DNA of 63,606 nucleotides, the filler included, from Octopus bimaculoides (Eukaryota), in the NCBI RefSeq assembly GCF_001194135.2. It is 6 parts of 6 records of this genome, joined end to end, with 100 filler letters (N's around TTAATTAATTAA, not from the genome) between each part and the next. Parts side by side here need not be neighbours in the genome. Positions count along the whole stretch, not along the records: positions 7,087 to 38,093 come from NC_068981.1; 5 more parts are not named here. The stretch is one strand, 5' to 3'. A model generated the notes under the pieces. That model was not told the origin of the DNA. It worked only from the letters and a program-made list of their open reading frames with translations, and did no database searches. This document shows, one piece after another, positions 13,528 through 26,375 of this stretch (positions are counted from its first letter, which is position 1; each line of letters begins with the position of its first letter). The translations under genes were made by a program, and so were the position numbers.

Positions 13528-14396
13528 ATTCTTCAGTATTCAGTAACACCTTTTGTGCTATCATTACCATTATGACTCAGTCAACAACGCCATTGTAACC
13601 ACTACCTCCTCTTCTTCATTCACTCTTCTTCCGCCTCTCCCTATTACTACTTTTCTTCACATCTTCCTTTTCTTATCCTTCTCTTTTTCCAAATGTTTCT
13701 CTTTTTTTTTCGAGATGCCATTTAAGTTTCTGTTGAAACGATTTTGAATTTATATTTGCAGAAGCTTTGAATGTGCCCATAATTTTGTCAGAAGGAAAAC
13801 ATTTATACAACATAAGGGTTTTGTGTACACTGACAACTAAAAATTAAAAGGAACACTGCCACGCAGTTGTTGGTTACCATTAGCAATAATTTAAAACAAG
13901 CCTCCTGCTTGAGAATACTTTCACTCTTTTAGTCACTTTCACTCTTTTAGTCACAGAATCCATGAGAAAGGTGATAAGCACACTAACTTCTCTGCTGAGT
14001 CATTGAAAAGAAAAAAAAACAAAGAAACACACAGTACACACTCGTGAGATGAGCTCAAAACTAGAAATTATTGCAACATCTGCCAGTCTCACCCTGCAAT
14101 GATCATATAGTGTAGTGAGGTTCTTCTATATTGTAACAATTTACTGTTGGGTATATAGGTGTCTTCGTATTAGGAAGGTAAATGTGTTGACCATACAATA
14201 CTGATTACATGAAACTGCTGAAACTTCATCGCTTGAAAATTAAAAAAAAACTACAAGTTAGTATGAAATGCTGTCATATAAAACCAATACTTGGGATGGT
14301 GTCCTTTTTCGGAGGGTCCTTATAATCCCCAATATTTCGTGCTTATGATATGGTTGTTCTTCTCATCAAAATATCCGCTTGTGATAAATACATAAG

Positions 14397-14730
14397 TCAT
14401 ACTATAATGGTCGTTATGTCCGTCTACCTGTCCGTCTGTCTGTATGTTCTCTTTTCACGGTCAAACGGTTGAGAACAATGGCCACGATGTTTTTCGGGCT
14501 TACCAAGGAGGTAACCAGGGAGGTTTTTATCGAAAAAAATGTGGAAAAGTATAATTGTTTACTGGATCTGAGTTTTGTACTAATATATCACCTTTTATTT
14601 TTTTATATTTTTTAAATTGCTGCGATGAGGATTAACTCTGTATTTCACCGCCGTATAGTTCGTGAATTTACAGGGCTTAGATTTACGATACAACACCTTT
14701 ATTTCCCATCATTGATGGGCAGATTTGCTA
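14397..14730 (+). mobile_element. Non-autonomous Helitron-like unit 1
   Basis: Starts TCatactataatgg, has a gtccgtctgtctg tract, and ends with a perfect hairpin cccatca-t-tgatggg (14705-14719) followed by ...gCTA. Confidence 0.7.
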
Positions 14731-15027
14731 TCTTACTATAATGGGCGTTATGTCCAGCTGTCTGTCCGTCACTTTGTTCCCTCTTCACGGCCAGACGGCG
14801 GAACCAATGGTTACGATTTTTTCTGGATTACAAAGACGTCAGGAAGGTTTTTAGCATTAGAAAATCAGAAAGTATGATTATTTCGTGGATATCGATTTTT
14901 TAATTGATAAACCACCTTCGCATTCTTATCAAAAATTCGCCGACCACGAGTAACTTTGGATTTTCATCGTATAGTTCGTGTCCCCATCATAGATACGAAG
15001 AGAGTGGCGACGATGGTTAATAGCTAA
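14731..15027 (+). mobile_element. Non-autonomous Helitron-like unit 2 (head-to-tail with unit 1)
   Basis: Starts TCttactataatggg, homologous to unit 1, and ends ccatc...gatgg-ttaatag-CTAA. Confidence 0.65.
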
Positions 15028-15119
15028 AATAAAATAAAAAAAGCGTATAAGTATATAGTGTGTGTGTGATTATTTAATGGTTATTTAAGTGTGTCAGTCT
15101 CGAGTAGGTTTCGATACAG

Positions 15120-15435
15120 CTAATCGAAGCAATTGTTGTTTACATCTCAATCTTGTCAATGAAAATAACCCATGGTACCAGAACATCTAGGCATTATTCG
15201 CATAGAATAGTGGAAGGTAAGCCTTAGTTGGAATTTTTATAACCCTAAAGATTCACAGCAAACAAGGCACAGGGCCAGACTTTAGATCGTGTAGGTGTAT
15301 TTTTACCCACTCTGATGTTTACACACGGCCAGTTATATCTCGCTATGAGTAGAGCAACGGACTCCAGTAATCTGAAAATTAGTATTCACCAAACAGATAA
15401 TATCATCTACAAAGAAGTTTTGCAATCATATTGAT
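15120..15435 (+). pseudogene. Helitron RepHel PIF1-like helicase C-terminal fragment
   Basis: Translates ANKAQGQTLDRVGVFLPTLMFTHGQLYLAMSRATDSSNLKI...NIIYKEVL (helicase motifs V-VI as in Helitron RepHel). Upstream THGTR resembles the CNGTRL motif. Confidence 0.9.
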
Positions 15436-17249
15436 ATTATCTAAAAGAATATGATTCATAATTTAAATAAGGAAATTTGTGAACTTTAAATGTATAAGAG
15501 TATAAACAAGCATAAAATAGTGTAAACAACTAAAATAAAAGTATATCTAAATAACATTTTTTCTTAATACTTTTTATGTAGTGGTCGAAGGAAGCTCTGG
15601 CTTTCGTTAAGAGTGGTTCACATAACCATTCATGATACAGAAGCTGGGAGCCTATTCAGTTCGCAGGAGTGAATCGTCATCACATGTCAGTCGCAAACAC
15701 GTGATATAGCTAAATAGACAGTTGTATCACCAAAAAATAATGTGATTTCTCTAAGACGTAACCCAGTAATCTATCGAGTCCATTTACACATTTCTCAATA
15801 CATACTGCTGTTATGACTTCCCTCCCTCATTCTATGCCTCCATCGTAGATGGGTAGATTTGCTGGTATTTAGAATTTATTGAGCAAGGAAGAACTTGAGG
15901 ATGTGACATTTTTGCTGTGGTGAAGAGTAGAACAGATGCATGTTTACTACGTGTAGCAAACACTGCAGAGGCAACAATAAATTAATGTTTCTCGGAGTAG
16001 AAGAGATGTAAGTTTGCTAGAAATTGTCTGCAGCATAAATTACAGCTAACAAAATATTAAAGCACGGCAAAGATTAATGGAAGTTTCTTCCATTCCAAAT
16101 ATCTTCTTTCTTTCATAAATGCAATCTTATCAATCTAAATTATTGGCCAAAAATACAGTGGCTGTTGATTTCAGCCTTTTCTGTATTTTTTGGTCTGGTT
16201 TATGTTTCATAAAATCAAATTGTTATTAATGAACATTTCAAATATACTTGCATGAATTGTCCATGATACAAGTGCTCGCAATATGACCATCGAAGCACTC
16301 TTCTACACAGGTCAACAACCAAATGAAAGAAGTCATTTGATAAATCACATTCTATCGTCAGATATATAATAAAAGACAGAAAACAAGAGATCATTTTAGG
16401 AAAATAAGATGATTGCAGATTGTTATCTTCATTATGGAAGGTTGTTTATCTATAATACTATTATTTGCCTGAAGCAGGAGAAACTTAGACGTTTGACAAG
16501 TGGGTGGGTAACATCTTTCTGATCAATTTAAAGATAAATTTCTTTCACGCATATTAATGTACACATATATGCAGAGCTGATCACAATGCAATAAAAAGAA
16601 TATAACCTCGTTATATTCATTTACAAAACGCGGTTAACAGATAATATTTACGGTAGCAAAAATCTGATTTCCAGTGTCTGCATGCCATTGTATCATTACG
16701 AAAGTACAATATAATTTTACTTACAAACAACATCGTTATCTACCTGCTATTATCTATTTTCCTTTATTTCTTTATATTGCAGAGATGATTATGTCTGCGC
16801 ATTCCAACACATCAAAGAAATTCACCAAGTTATAGTCTTCTCACAAATCACACATTAATATATTTATTTTTACTTTACATAATTTTGAATTTAGGAGAAA
16901 AGTAGTCGACTGGATAACATTTTACAAATGGTTGAGAGTTCTTGTATCCTGCACCAAACGTTTTTGTTGTGGTTCACGACATAAGTATTCATTTGCATAT
17001 TTGCTTGCTTAGCGAACGAATAAGCACTAATTTACCAGTGATTGTAAAAATCTATTAGCGTTATACCAATATTACGTAAATTCATCTGCGAGTCATTGAA
17101 TTTAAAAAAATCTATTCTTATATCTAATGTATTTTCTTATGTGATTTTAAGACAAATAGAAAAAAAATAATAGAAATCACAAAAATACATATATACTTAA
17201 ACACACACACACACTCACACTCACACTCATTAATATATATATATATATA

Positions 17250-17440
17250 TGGGAGAATTTACGAAATAAAAACAACAAACGAGGACAGGTGGTGTAAACA
17301 GCAAAAGGATGTATTAGTTTAACACTCGGGAATAGAGAAAGTCTTTAACGTTTCGAGCTACGCTCTTCAACAGAAAGAATAAGGAGAAAACAAGAAAAAC
17401 ACGGAGAAACAAATTGAATGTTGTGGTCAGCGATCTATCA
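17250..17440 (-). mobile_element. Penelope-like terminal-repeat fragment with a minimal hammerhead-like motif (17342-17378)
   Basis: Minus strand reads UCUUU-CUGUUGA-A-GAGC(GUA)GCUC-GAAACGUU-AAAGA, with 5-bp stem I, 4-bp stem II and palindromic ACGU stem III. Element assignment is inferred from the motif. Confidence 0.55.
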
Positions 17441-17477
17441 TGGCGACTAAACACACACACACACTCACACTCATTAA

Positions 17478-17562
<85 letters not shown>

Positions 17563-19177
17563 ATATACATCAAATATATTAGATCTACATCAGTATATGT
17601 ATGGCGCTCGATTTCTATGAATGCAAAGAGATGGGACGAGATATTGCTTGACATCTGGCTATTCTATAATCTAGTTCCCATGAAGATTTCTTATTGGGGC
17701 ACAGGCACACATTTTTTGAGAAAAAAGAAGAGTTTTCTACTGAATCTATTCCACCATCTCACTGGTGGGATTTGAACTAAAATACAAAGAAATAATGCTG
17801 AAAACTAATACAAACAATCCTTGTTCCAAAGTTACTGTCAGTTCAACCTGTGGCAATTGAAGAAATATATGTCAACTATGATAATATAATAAAAGGTTAG
17901 TCAACACCCTCCAGAAGAAAAAAAAATCTATTATAAGTTCTTAGTCCTATGTCAAAAGATTAACTGTACGAAATACTAGTTACTATGCTAGGACTATGTC
18001 TCAACAGTTCTCATAAAATAATTCAATAACAATAACTGTCATCTTGATTCTAAATCACTAGACGTTCTCAGTTGAATTTGGTAAATGCCATCTAAATCCA
18101 GTAATAGTAGTTAAGGAAGTTAGAAGAATATTAAATGTTGTCATGCCATTTCCAAATGTCAGTACAAAAATTGTTTTTTTAATACCTTTCAGAATATAAC
18201 GTATTGACGTGTAAAATAAATCCCAAAGTAATAAACTTTGTTCTTTAACCTTTGTCAGTCGCATTTACCGATTCGATAGTGAACCAAACTACGAGGTGGT
18301 GCTCATGTTTATTAGTTACTTATAAGTTTAGAGGTAAAAGTATTGCTTGGAGAGGTAAAGATACCCAGTAAAGTGTTTGGTTATCTCTTGAATTCTTAAT
18401 TCAAATCCTGCTGGACTTTGTACTTGCTTTATATCACCAGAAGCTCAATGAAAATGTACAAACTGTATCGTGAGAACGATTAAACCTTCATACCGGCATT
18501 GACCATACTTTTCATTTCTTCAGTGTCAATAAAATCATTAGAAATTATTAATGCTGTTTAACACAAGGTTAGCCCTGTTGAAGTAGACTTAGAGTGAAAG
18601 GTAATACAACCATGAACGTCATCTGTTTGTATATTTGAGACTATCGTGTACAATGAGCTCTTCGGCTTTTAACATATTAGACTGCGATTTGGGGGATATT
18701 TTTCTGTTCTGCTATTTCTGACTGCATAGGCGTGCCTCGTAATTGAATATAATACGCCGAGATCAAGGCGTCGAATACAAATGTTAAATTTCTTGCTAAA
18801 TGAAAACAAATCAACTTTCAAACCATGTAGAAAGAACGTTAGAACAAGAGGTAAACAGTTTCAACAGTTGCAGGTATTTTACGTTTCTTAGTATCCCCTA
18901 GAAAGGTATGAATGTCAACTGTTCCTATTTATTGTTTTCTTGGAGTACACGAGTTGCTTCCTTGTCAAAAAGTAATCGTATATTTTACATGGTAGTAAGG
19001 TTGTGATTATTAGTAGAGCCTGAATTAAAATTCTACAAGAGTTACACATTAATTAAGTTTCTTTGCAGGTAATAATGTTTCTACCAGCAGTGCATAAAGT
19101 CACAATATGTCACGTTTACAAAAGAAATGGTTCTGGGCGGCTTTTAGTTAGGTAAGGAGGTAATATCTTAGCAGATT

Positions 19178-19395
19178 AAAGCAGTGAGCTGGCAGAAACT
19201 TTAGCACGTCGGGCGGAATGCTTAGCAGTATTTCGTCTGTCTTTACGTTCTGAGTTCAAATTCCGCCGAGGTCGACTTTGCCTTTCATCCTTTCGGGGGT
19301 CGATAAATTAAGTACCAGTTGCGTACTGGGGCCGATATAATCGACTCGTCTCCTCACCCAAAATGTCGGGCCTTGTGCCTAGAGTAGAAAAGAGT
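19178..19395 (+). mobile_element. SINE family A
   Basis: Near full-length match to the 10707 unit. Confidence 0.9.
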
Positions 19396-20818
19396 ATCTT
19401 AACAGACTATTGCAACGCCACTGCGAATGGATATGCGCCTGACGAAGCGGATATTGCATGGTGTTTATGACAATCGGCTGAAGCCATTTCATTTCATTGG
19501 ATATTGCTAATTACACCGAGGAAAACATTAACATGACAACGTTTCCTTTCGCTTACGTTTACGTATTTGTTTTAGAAGATTCCTGATGTGATATCGTGTG
19601 TTGAAACATATTATTATGTTTCAGGATGGTCATTGTTTTTGCCAAATAAACACACGCACTATATGTTCATTTTTCACTTCGGATTTATTATTGTTGTTAT
19701 TTGGTAAAAATATATTCGTTTCTGAACTTCCTAAAATACTGAGACCTTGAATTTAATAATTAGAAACTAGAGAAAACATACACCCGTTGAATTAAATGTA
19801 ATCCAAACTTTTATGTCTATTATTTGCCTCAGCTGCAATCAATTTAACTTTCATCCTTAGTGCTCTTGGTAACCGTATGAACGCCACAAATCCCTATTTT
19901 CTTCCCCCATAATAGTAGAACATATGCTTAATCGAAAGAATCCAATAACCTAGCAGACATCGAATTTTATTGAAATACATTAATTTGAAGCCTTTTTCTT
20001 TTTTATCTATGAAGCATAGATACTGTAATCTGTCTTTCGACATACACATTCTTTCTGACGTGTATTTTTGAGAATCTTTACCACAGAGAAGATGAAATTA
20101 AAAACAGAAGAAAAAGGAGTTGGTTTAATATAAATCAATTCATCTTATTTGTTTTCTCTTTCATTTTAGGATTTATTTCAGTTCATTTCATAGAGTTTAG
20201 CGAGTATTGAGATAAACAACTAAATGTATTTTGATTCGATGTTTGTACTCCAAGGCTTCTAATATTCGATATTGCATGCAAATGTTCACAACTTCCTGAA
20301 TCACACGAATCTTATTTAAATCAATGCAGATATCAAATGAATTTCTGTATGAATAAAACCGGCTTTCATTGAGATCAACCAAGGATTTTTCTAGAATGTC
20401 AGAAATCTGGTTGAAACGAAGAAATTGATTATCATAGAGATATTTTCCTAGTGAGTTTCAAAGTCAAAAGTAAAGGAACGCAAAGAGATCCAGCAAAATA
20501 TTCGCAATACAGCTTTCCAATTCCAATAAAAACCCACAGCTAACACTTCTACATTCATATATAAGTATCATACCGAAATATTGGCGTAAACGTGAATAAG
20601 AAAATCGACTTTACTGAACCAATGAAAATCGGGATTTGGAACTTGTTCCTCCATATGGAGCCATAACAATATTACTACCGACTAGCTAACGGAGAAGCCT
20701 GTGGATGATTTTTTCACTTGGGAGAAATAGCAGTCATATCTACCTCAAATCACATTCCTCTGTTATAAATAAAGAAGAATATAATACAGTTCTATATTTA
20801 AGAGATGAAGAATTATGC

Positions 20819-20970
20819 ACATTATTTACATTATTTATATTCGACGGATATTTGTCCTCATCTTGTTTGTTGTTAACACAACGTTTCGGCTGGTGTAGCC
20901 CTCAGCCTTCTTCAGGTGTCTTGGGGGAAATTTTGAACCTGGGTTCTCATTCCTAAGATATTTTTTGATG
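20819..20970 (-). mobile_element. Penelope-like terminal repeat, left arm of an inverted pair
   Basis: Reverse complement closely matches 21259-21409; contains a hammerhead core. Confidence 0.7.
20875..20920 (-). ncRNA. Minimal type I hammerhead ribozyme motif (dimer-dependent class), intact core
   Basis: GACAC-CUGAAGA-A-GGCUG(AGGGCUACAC)CAGCC-GAAACGUU-GUGUU. Stem I GACAC/GUGUU, 5-bp stem II, zero-loop palindromic ACGU stem III. Confidence 0.7.
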
Positions 20971-20971
20971 A

Positions 20972-21021
<50 letters not shown>

Positions 21022-21173
21022 NNNNNNNNNNNNNNNNNNNNNNNNNNNNNNNNNNNNNNNNNNNNNNNNNNNNNNNNNNNNNNNNNNNNNNNNNNNNNNN
21101 NNNNNNNNNNNNNNNNNNNNNNNNNNNNNNNNNNNNNNNNNNNNNNNNNNNNNNNNNNNNNNNNNNNNNNNNN

Positions 21174-21246
<73 letters not shown>

Positions 21247-21258
21247 TAATAATAATAA

Positions 21259-21409
21259 CATCGAAAAATACCTTAGGAATAAGAACCCAGGTTCGAAATT
21301 TCCCCAAGACACCTGATGAAGGCTGGAGGGTATATCAGCCTAAACGTTGTGTTAACAACAAACAAGGTGAGAACAAATGTCCGTCGAATGTAAATAATGT
21401 AAATAATGT
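21259..21409 (+). mobile_element. Penelope-like terminal repeat, right arm; hammerhead at 21308-21353 with G12>U
   Basis: GACAC-CTGATGA-A-GGCTG(GAGGGTATAT)CAGCC-TAAACGTT-GTGTT; GAAA is mutated to TAAA. Confidence 0.7.
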
Positions 21410-22084
21410 AAAGAAGAATATATTGGACAATATAAAATATTGATATATAAAAAAATGGAGTGGTCATAGGAGGAATGCTTTTGATCCTGTATCTGCGAAA
21501 TAATGGCTGACCTGGGGCTAAACAACAACGACGACATCTTTGTAGAATTTTGAAACAAATTATAGGCTTGAAAAATGTCAGACATAGCAACAAAACCATT
21601 ATTTAGAAATCACATCTAAAACTTAAGAGAAGGACAGAGTAGTCGTGTCTGGAACGCTGTAGATTAAAGATTTTCTCAGTCAGAAATAGACGTAGCGCTA
21701 GGCTATCTCCGTCACAAAATTAGCTACGGCAGCGGTGGCGGTTGCAGCGGGTAGTTGTACAGATAAATTTTACGATATTAATACAATTCTCAGCGCAAAC
21801 TAGAAACATCTTGATATATTTTCCCTTCAAATAAACAGCAAAATTTATGGATAATTTGGTAATTTGTGTTATATTTGGTATACACTTGGCAACCGGATGT
21901 TGAGAACATTCCAGAAACTATTGATTCGCATGTATACAGTGCCAAGACAACTATGAAGTACAAATGTGTGTCCGCTTTGCCGAAGTGCCGTGTCTAATTA
22001 CTACTTTATTCTTGCAATACTAAATACTTACAAATATATGTATAAGTACGTATGTGTCAATGTATCTATGTATATATATATATG

Positions 22085-22116
<32 letters not shown>

Positions 22117-22566
22117 TGTATGTCTATGTATATATGTGTATATATAAATATGAATATATATATATATATNNNNNNNNNNNNNNNNNNNNNNNNNNNNNNN
22201 NNNNNNNNNNNNNNNNNNNNNNNNNNNNNNNNNNNNNNNNNNNNNNNNNNNNNNNNNNNNNNNNNNNNNNNNNNNNNNNNNNNNNNNNNNNNNNNNNNNN
22301 NNNNNNNNNNNNNNNNNNNNNNNNNNNNNNNNNNNNNNNNNNNNNNNNNNNNNNNNNNNNNNNNNNNNNNNNNNNNNNNNNNNNNNNNNNNNNNNNNNNN
22401 NNNNNNNNNNNNNNNNNNNNNNNNNNNNNNNNNNNNNNNNNNNNNNNNNNNNNNNNNNNNNNNNNNNNNNNNNNNNNNNNNNNNNNNNNNNNNNNNNNNN
22501 NNNNNNNNNNNNNNNNNNNNNNNNNNNNNNNNNNNNNNNNNNNNNNNNNNNNNNNNNNNNNNNNNN

Positions 22567-22607
<41 letters not shown>

Positions 22608-22749
22608 AGGTAGGTAGATTTTGCTGACATTTCTCTGGCATTACTGAAACTGCAATTAGGGGCAGTCATAAAGGCAATTAACAGAATATATTTGAGCAAA
22701 TCCTTGTATTCGCTGTGGTTCAATGCTAATAATTACATATGTTTATGTA

Positions 22750-22785
22750 AATAATAATAATGATAATAATCATAATAATAATAAC

Positions 22786-22820
<35 letters not shown>

Positions 22821-22855
22821 TAATAATAATAATAATAGTAATAATAATAATAATA
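22750..22855. repeat. (AAT)n microsatellite
   Basis: Direct reading. Confidence 0.95.
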
Positions 22856-23260
22856 AAGACTTAAAAAAGAACATGCCAACTTAGTTCATGGGAAATGAAC
22901 AGCTGCTACATTAATGACAACTTGAACAACAAGTTGAGTGTAAGATACTATAATAATTATGACAATAAAATATCACGCCCTAATGATATTGCATGCCGCT
23001 GTTACGATTGAAAGATCATGCTATGGACCTAGATTCCTTGATTGCAATAAGTTTACAACACTAAAAGTATCTCACCTAGGTATTAGAAATCAAAGTATAC
23101 GACAAAATTCTGTCTTTAAGCAGAGATATAAGGAGATACATAGTTGTAACTGAACGCAAAATGCGCTAGCGCCAACGAGGTCTCATATAGATTAAAAATT
23201 AAAATTGGAATTATATTTATATGAAACTACCTATGCACTCGCTCTACATTTATATAAATC

Positions 23261-23319
<59 letters not shown>

Positions 23320-23403
23320 ACACACACATTTATATACATTAGTTGTGATAATTAAATAACCCCAAAGAGTAATATTTTGAAATCATTTAATACGTACTAT
23401 ATA

Positions 23404-24443
23404 TCAGGTCATCCCATAAGTTCTGTCTGATTTTACCTTTTTTTAAAATTGAATGAAATTTAATAGTATTTTAGAATGTCTATTGGAATTAAAAATTATT
23501 TTAATGCATTTGTGTACATTTAAACTAATTAAATATTGTTTTACAAAATAATAGAATTAAAATTTCTTTGATTAAAACCCTTTCTAACATNNNNNNNNNN
23601 NNNNNNNNNNNNNNNNNNNNNNNNNNNNNNNNNNNNNNNNNNNNNNNNNNNNNNNNNNNNNNNNNNNNNNNNNNNNNNNNNNNNNNNNNNNNNNNNNNNN
23701 NNNNNNNNNNNNNNNNNNNNNNNNNNNNNNNNNNNNNNNNNNNNNNNNNNNNNNNNNNNNNNNNNNNNNNNNNNNNNNNNNNNNNNNNNNNNNNNNNNNN
23801 NNNNNNNNNNNNNNNNNNNNNNNNNNNNNNNNNNNNNNNNNNNNNNNNNNNNNNNNNNNNNNNNNNNNNNNNNNNNNNNNNNNNNNNNNNNNNNNNNNNN
23901 NNNNNNNNNNNNNNNNNNNNNNNNNNNNNNNNNNNNNNNNNNNNNNNNNNNNNNNNNNNNNNNNNNNNNNNNNNNNNNNNNNNNNNNNNNNNNNNNNNNN
24001 NNNNNNNNNNNNNNNNNNNNNNNNNNNNNNNNNNNNNNNNNNNNNNNNNNNNNNGAGTGATGTTTCATCAGGACAATGTGCGACCCCACACTGCAAAGAT
24101 CACATCAAAGAAGATCGAAGAGCTTGGTTGGGAAAAAATTCCTCATCCACCTTATTCTCCCGACCTTGCTCCTTCAGACTACCATTTGTTTCGTAGTTTA
24201 CAGAATCATTTGAGGGACATAACTTTCGCAAGCCACGAGGAGGTCGAAAAGGACATTTCAGAGTTCTTTGCTTTGAAACCAATAGAGTTTTACATTGATG
24301 GGATTAAAAAGCTTGTAAATAGACGGAAGGAAGTCATAGATAATCAGGGAAAGTCATTTGATGATTAAATTTCAATTAAATATAACATTTGGTCCCTTGT
24401 TTTCTTTATTCAAAACTCGGACAGAACTCATGGGATGACCTGA
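23404..24443 (+). mobile_element. Mariner (DD34D) transposon with both TIRs and TA target duplication
   Basis: TA|tcaggtcatcccataagttctgtctgatttt ... caaaactcggacagaactcatgggatgacctga|TA (about 30-bp TIRs). The middle is an N gap. Confidence 0.92.
24059..24368 (+). CDS. Mariner transposase, visible C-terminal part (N-terminus in gap)
   Basis: VMFHQDNVRPHTAKIT...HPPYSPDLAPSDYHLFRSLQNHL...; 34 residues between the last two catalytic Asp; no stop until the natural end. Confidence 0.85.
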
Positions 24444-26304
24444 TAATAGGAAATAAATCAATTACGTAGACATTCCTCAGTTAAAGCATTTCAAAAATTT
24501 GTTTTCAAAATATCACTAACCTCAAAATATCACTAACCTAATGCGAATCGATTCCAGTACAATCCAACCGGTCTTGACTTCACTTATGTAGATACTCCAA
24601 CAACGTTCTGGAGGAGTCTGTTACACTACTTCTTTGCGTAACACTACACACACAGACACATAAATATATACATGTATGTATATAACGTATACATACATAC
24701 ACCCCCACATATATGCATATAAACAGATATAAACAGAAGACTGAAAAAAACTTGATATATTTTTTTAATTCCGTGCTACAAGTATTATGGACGTAGAAAA
24801 ATATATACAATCTCTATCCGTAATGCTTCAGAAAAAGGTTAAAACATAATTTTGTTTCATTTTTGTCTCAAGAATTACGAACAAACGAGTATATATATTT
24901 TTTCTATATGTATACGTTTGTGACTCCTATCCCATGATGGAACACGTGTTGCATGGAATTAAAAATATACTAATTTTTTCCAGCCTTTTGTTTTCATATG
25001 TAATTACTCTGCAAATAAAATTCACTTAATAAAGTTTCCTTCTTGCAAAGAACGCCTCTAGACGTTCAAAAAGATCGGGCGTATCTAATCTCTGGTCGTA
25101 AATGGCCACGTAGCTGATGACCACCCCATCCTTCGCCCTCACAGCAGATTATAGGTTATAAGTTTATTTCTCACTAATTGTCTATCATTAAAGTGTCCCG
25201 CGAAATCGGGGACAACGTTCTCAGCAAATACTTTTCTATTTCCCCCTTACTGTTGTTTGTTTTGTACCTGTATCAATTCGTTCTTTTATCTAAGAACTGT
25301 GAATTTAATGCAGCATGGATACATGAGTGGATTTCCAGCACATATTTTGCTCGTTTTCTCCTGGGTTTGTTCAATTGTTTGAGTTCTTTAATGTTCCTTG
25401 TCTTTCCTACTGTCTCCAGTCGTCTGTCATAAATGCTTGCTTTCTGTCACATCCTCAATGCCGCAAAACGATCGTGTGGTGCTACTGGTTGACGACAGAG
25501 AATAGATCTCTTGGTTCCAGCACAAGTCAACATTCTCGATTTCTGAAGCTATTACTAGTGGCACTATTGGAACAGCATCTGCCGAAACCTGCTGGTATTG
25601 TTGCTGCTTCTGTGGCTATATATTTCTGTACTTTTCTGGCTCCACATGGCAGAGAAACCCAGATGAGTCTTACTGCTACAAGTTTAACTATCGCGTTTCT
25701 GTCCTGCACCAACAACCGCGTAGTCTTTCCGTGCTATCAAAGGAGCGCAATTAAGAGCTACTTTATGACATTTGCGAGTCATTAGGACGTGTATACCCGT
25801 ATAAAATACTCTCAATCACATATTTTTCTTGTTACTAGATTGTATTGACCCGCAAAAGTGACGACGAACTAAGTCTCAACTTCATGTGTCGCACTCAATA
25901 ATGTGTCGCGACTTTCTGGGCAGATATGTGAGGCATAAGCTTAACTTTTTTCCTCTGCTTCTGGCGTTTTGTATATTACGCTTAAGGTTTCATAGTACCT
26001 TCCTTGGAGGGTAGAGGTTATGTTATTCACATCAACCAAACTCTGTAATTTCTTTTTCGGAGAAACTAACAAACGTGTCTTTCGAGATGCAGAGACATAT
26101 TTTTGTCCTGCTGTTTGATAAAATAGCGAATCTCGGATACACCTGCTCTTGTTACACAGCAGCTTTACCATAATGACTTTTTCTCCGCCATACATGATCC
26201 ATCTGCTTCTTGTATATTCAGCGAAAGGAAGGCTAAAAGTGCTTTCCTTGCTTCTTATTTCGAACTCTCCATGAACTGTTTATCTTAGCGAAAGCTTGTG
26301 TGTG

Positions 26305-26306
26305 TA

Positions 26307-26372
<66 letters not shown>
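26305..26372. repeat. (TG)n microsatellite
   Basis: Direct reading. Confidence 0.95.

Positions 26373-26375
<3 letters not shown>

Noticed and set aside
16783-16858. Strong splice acceptor followed by a short open frame
   Set aside because: No donor, early stops and no recognisable homology.
25150-26200. Minus-strand stretch with coding-like short ORFs
   Set aside because: Manual translation in three frames gave no recognisable family; cannot be supported without a database search.
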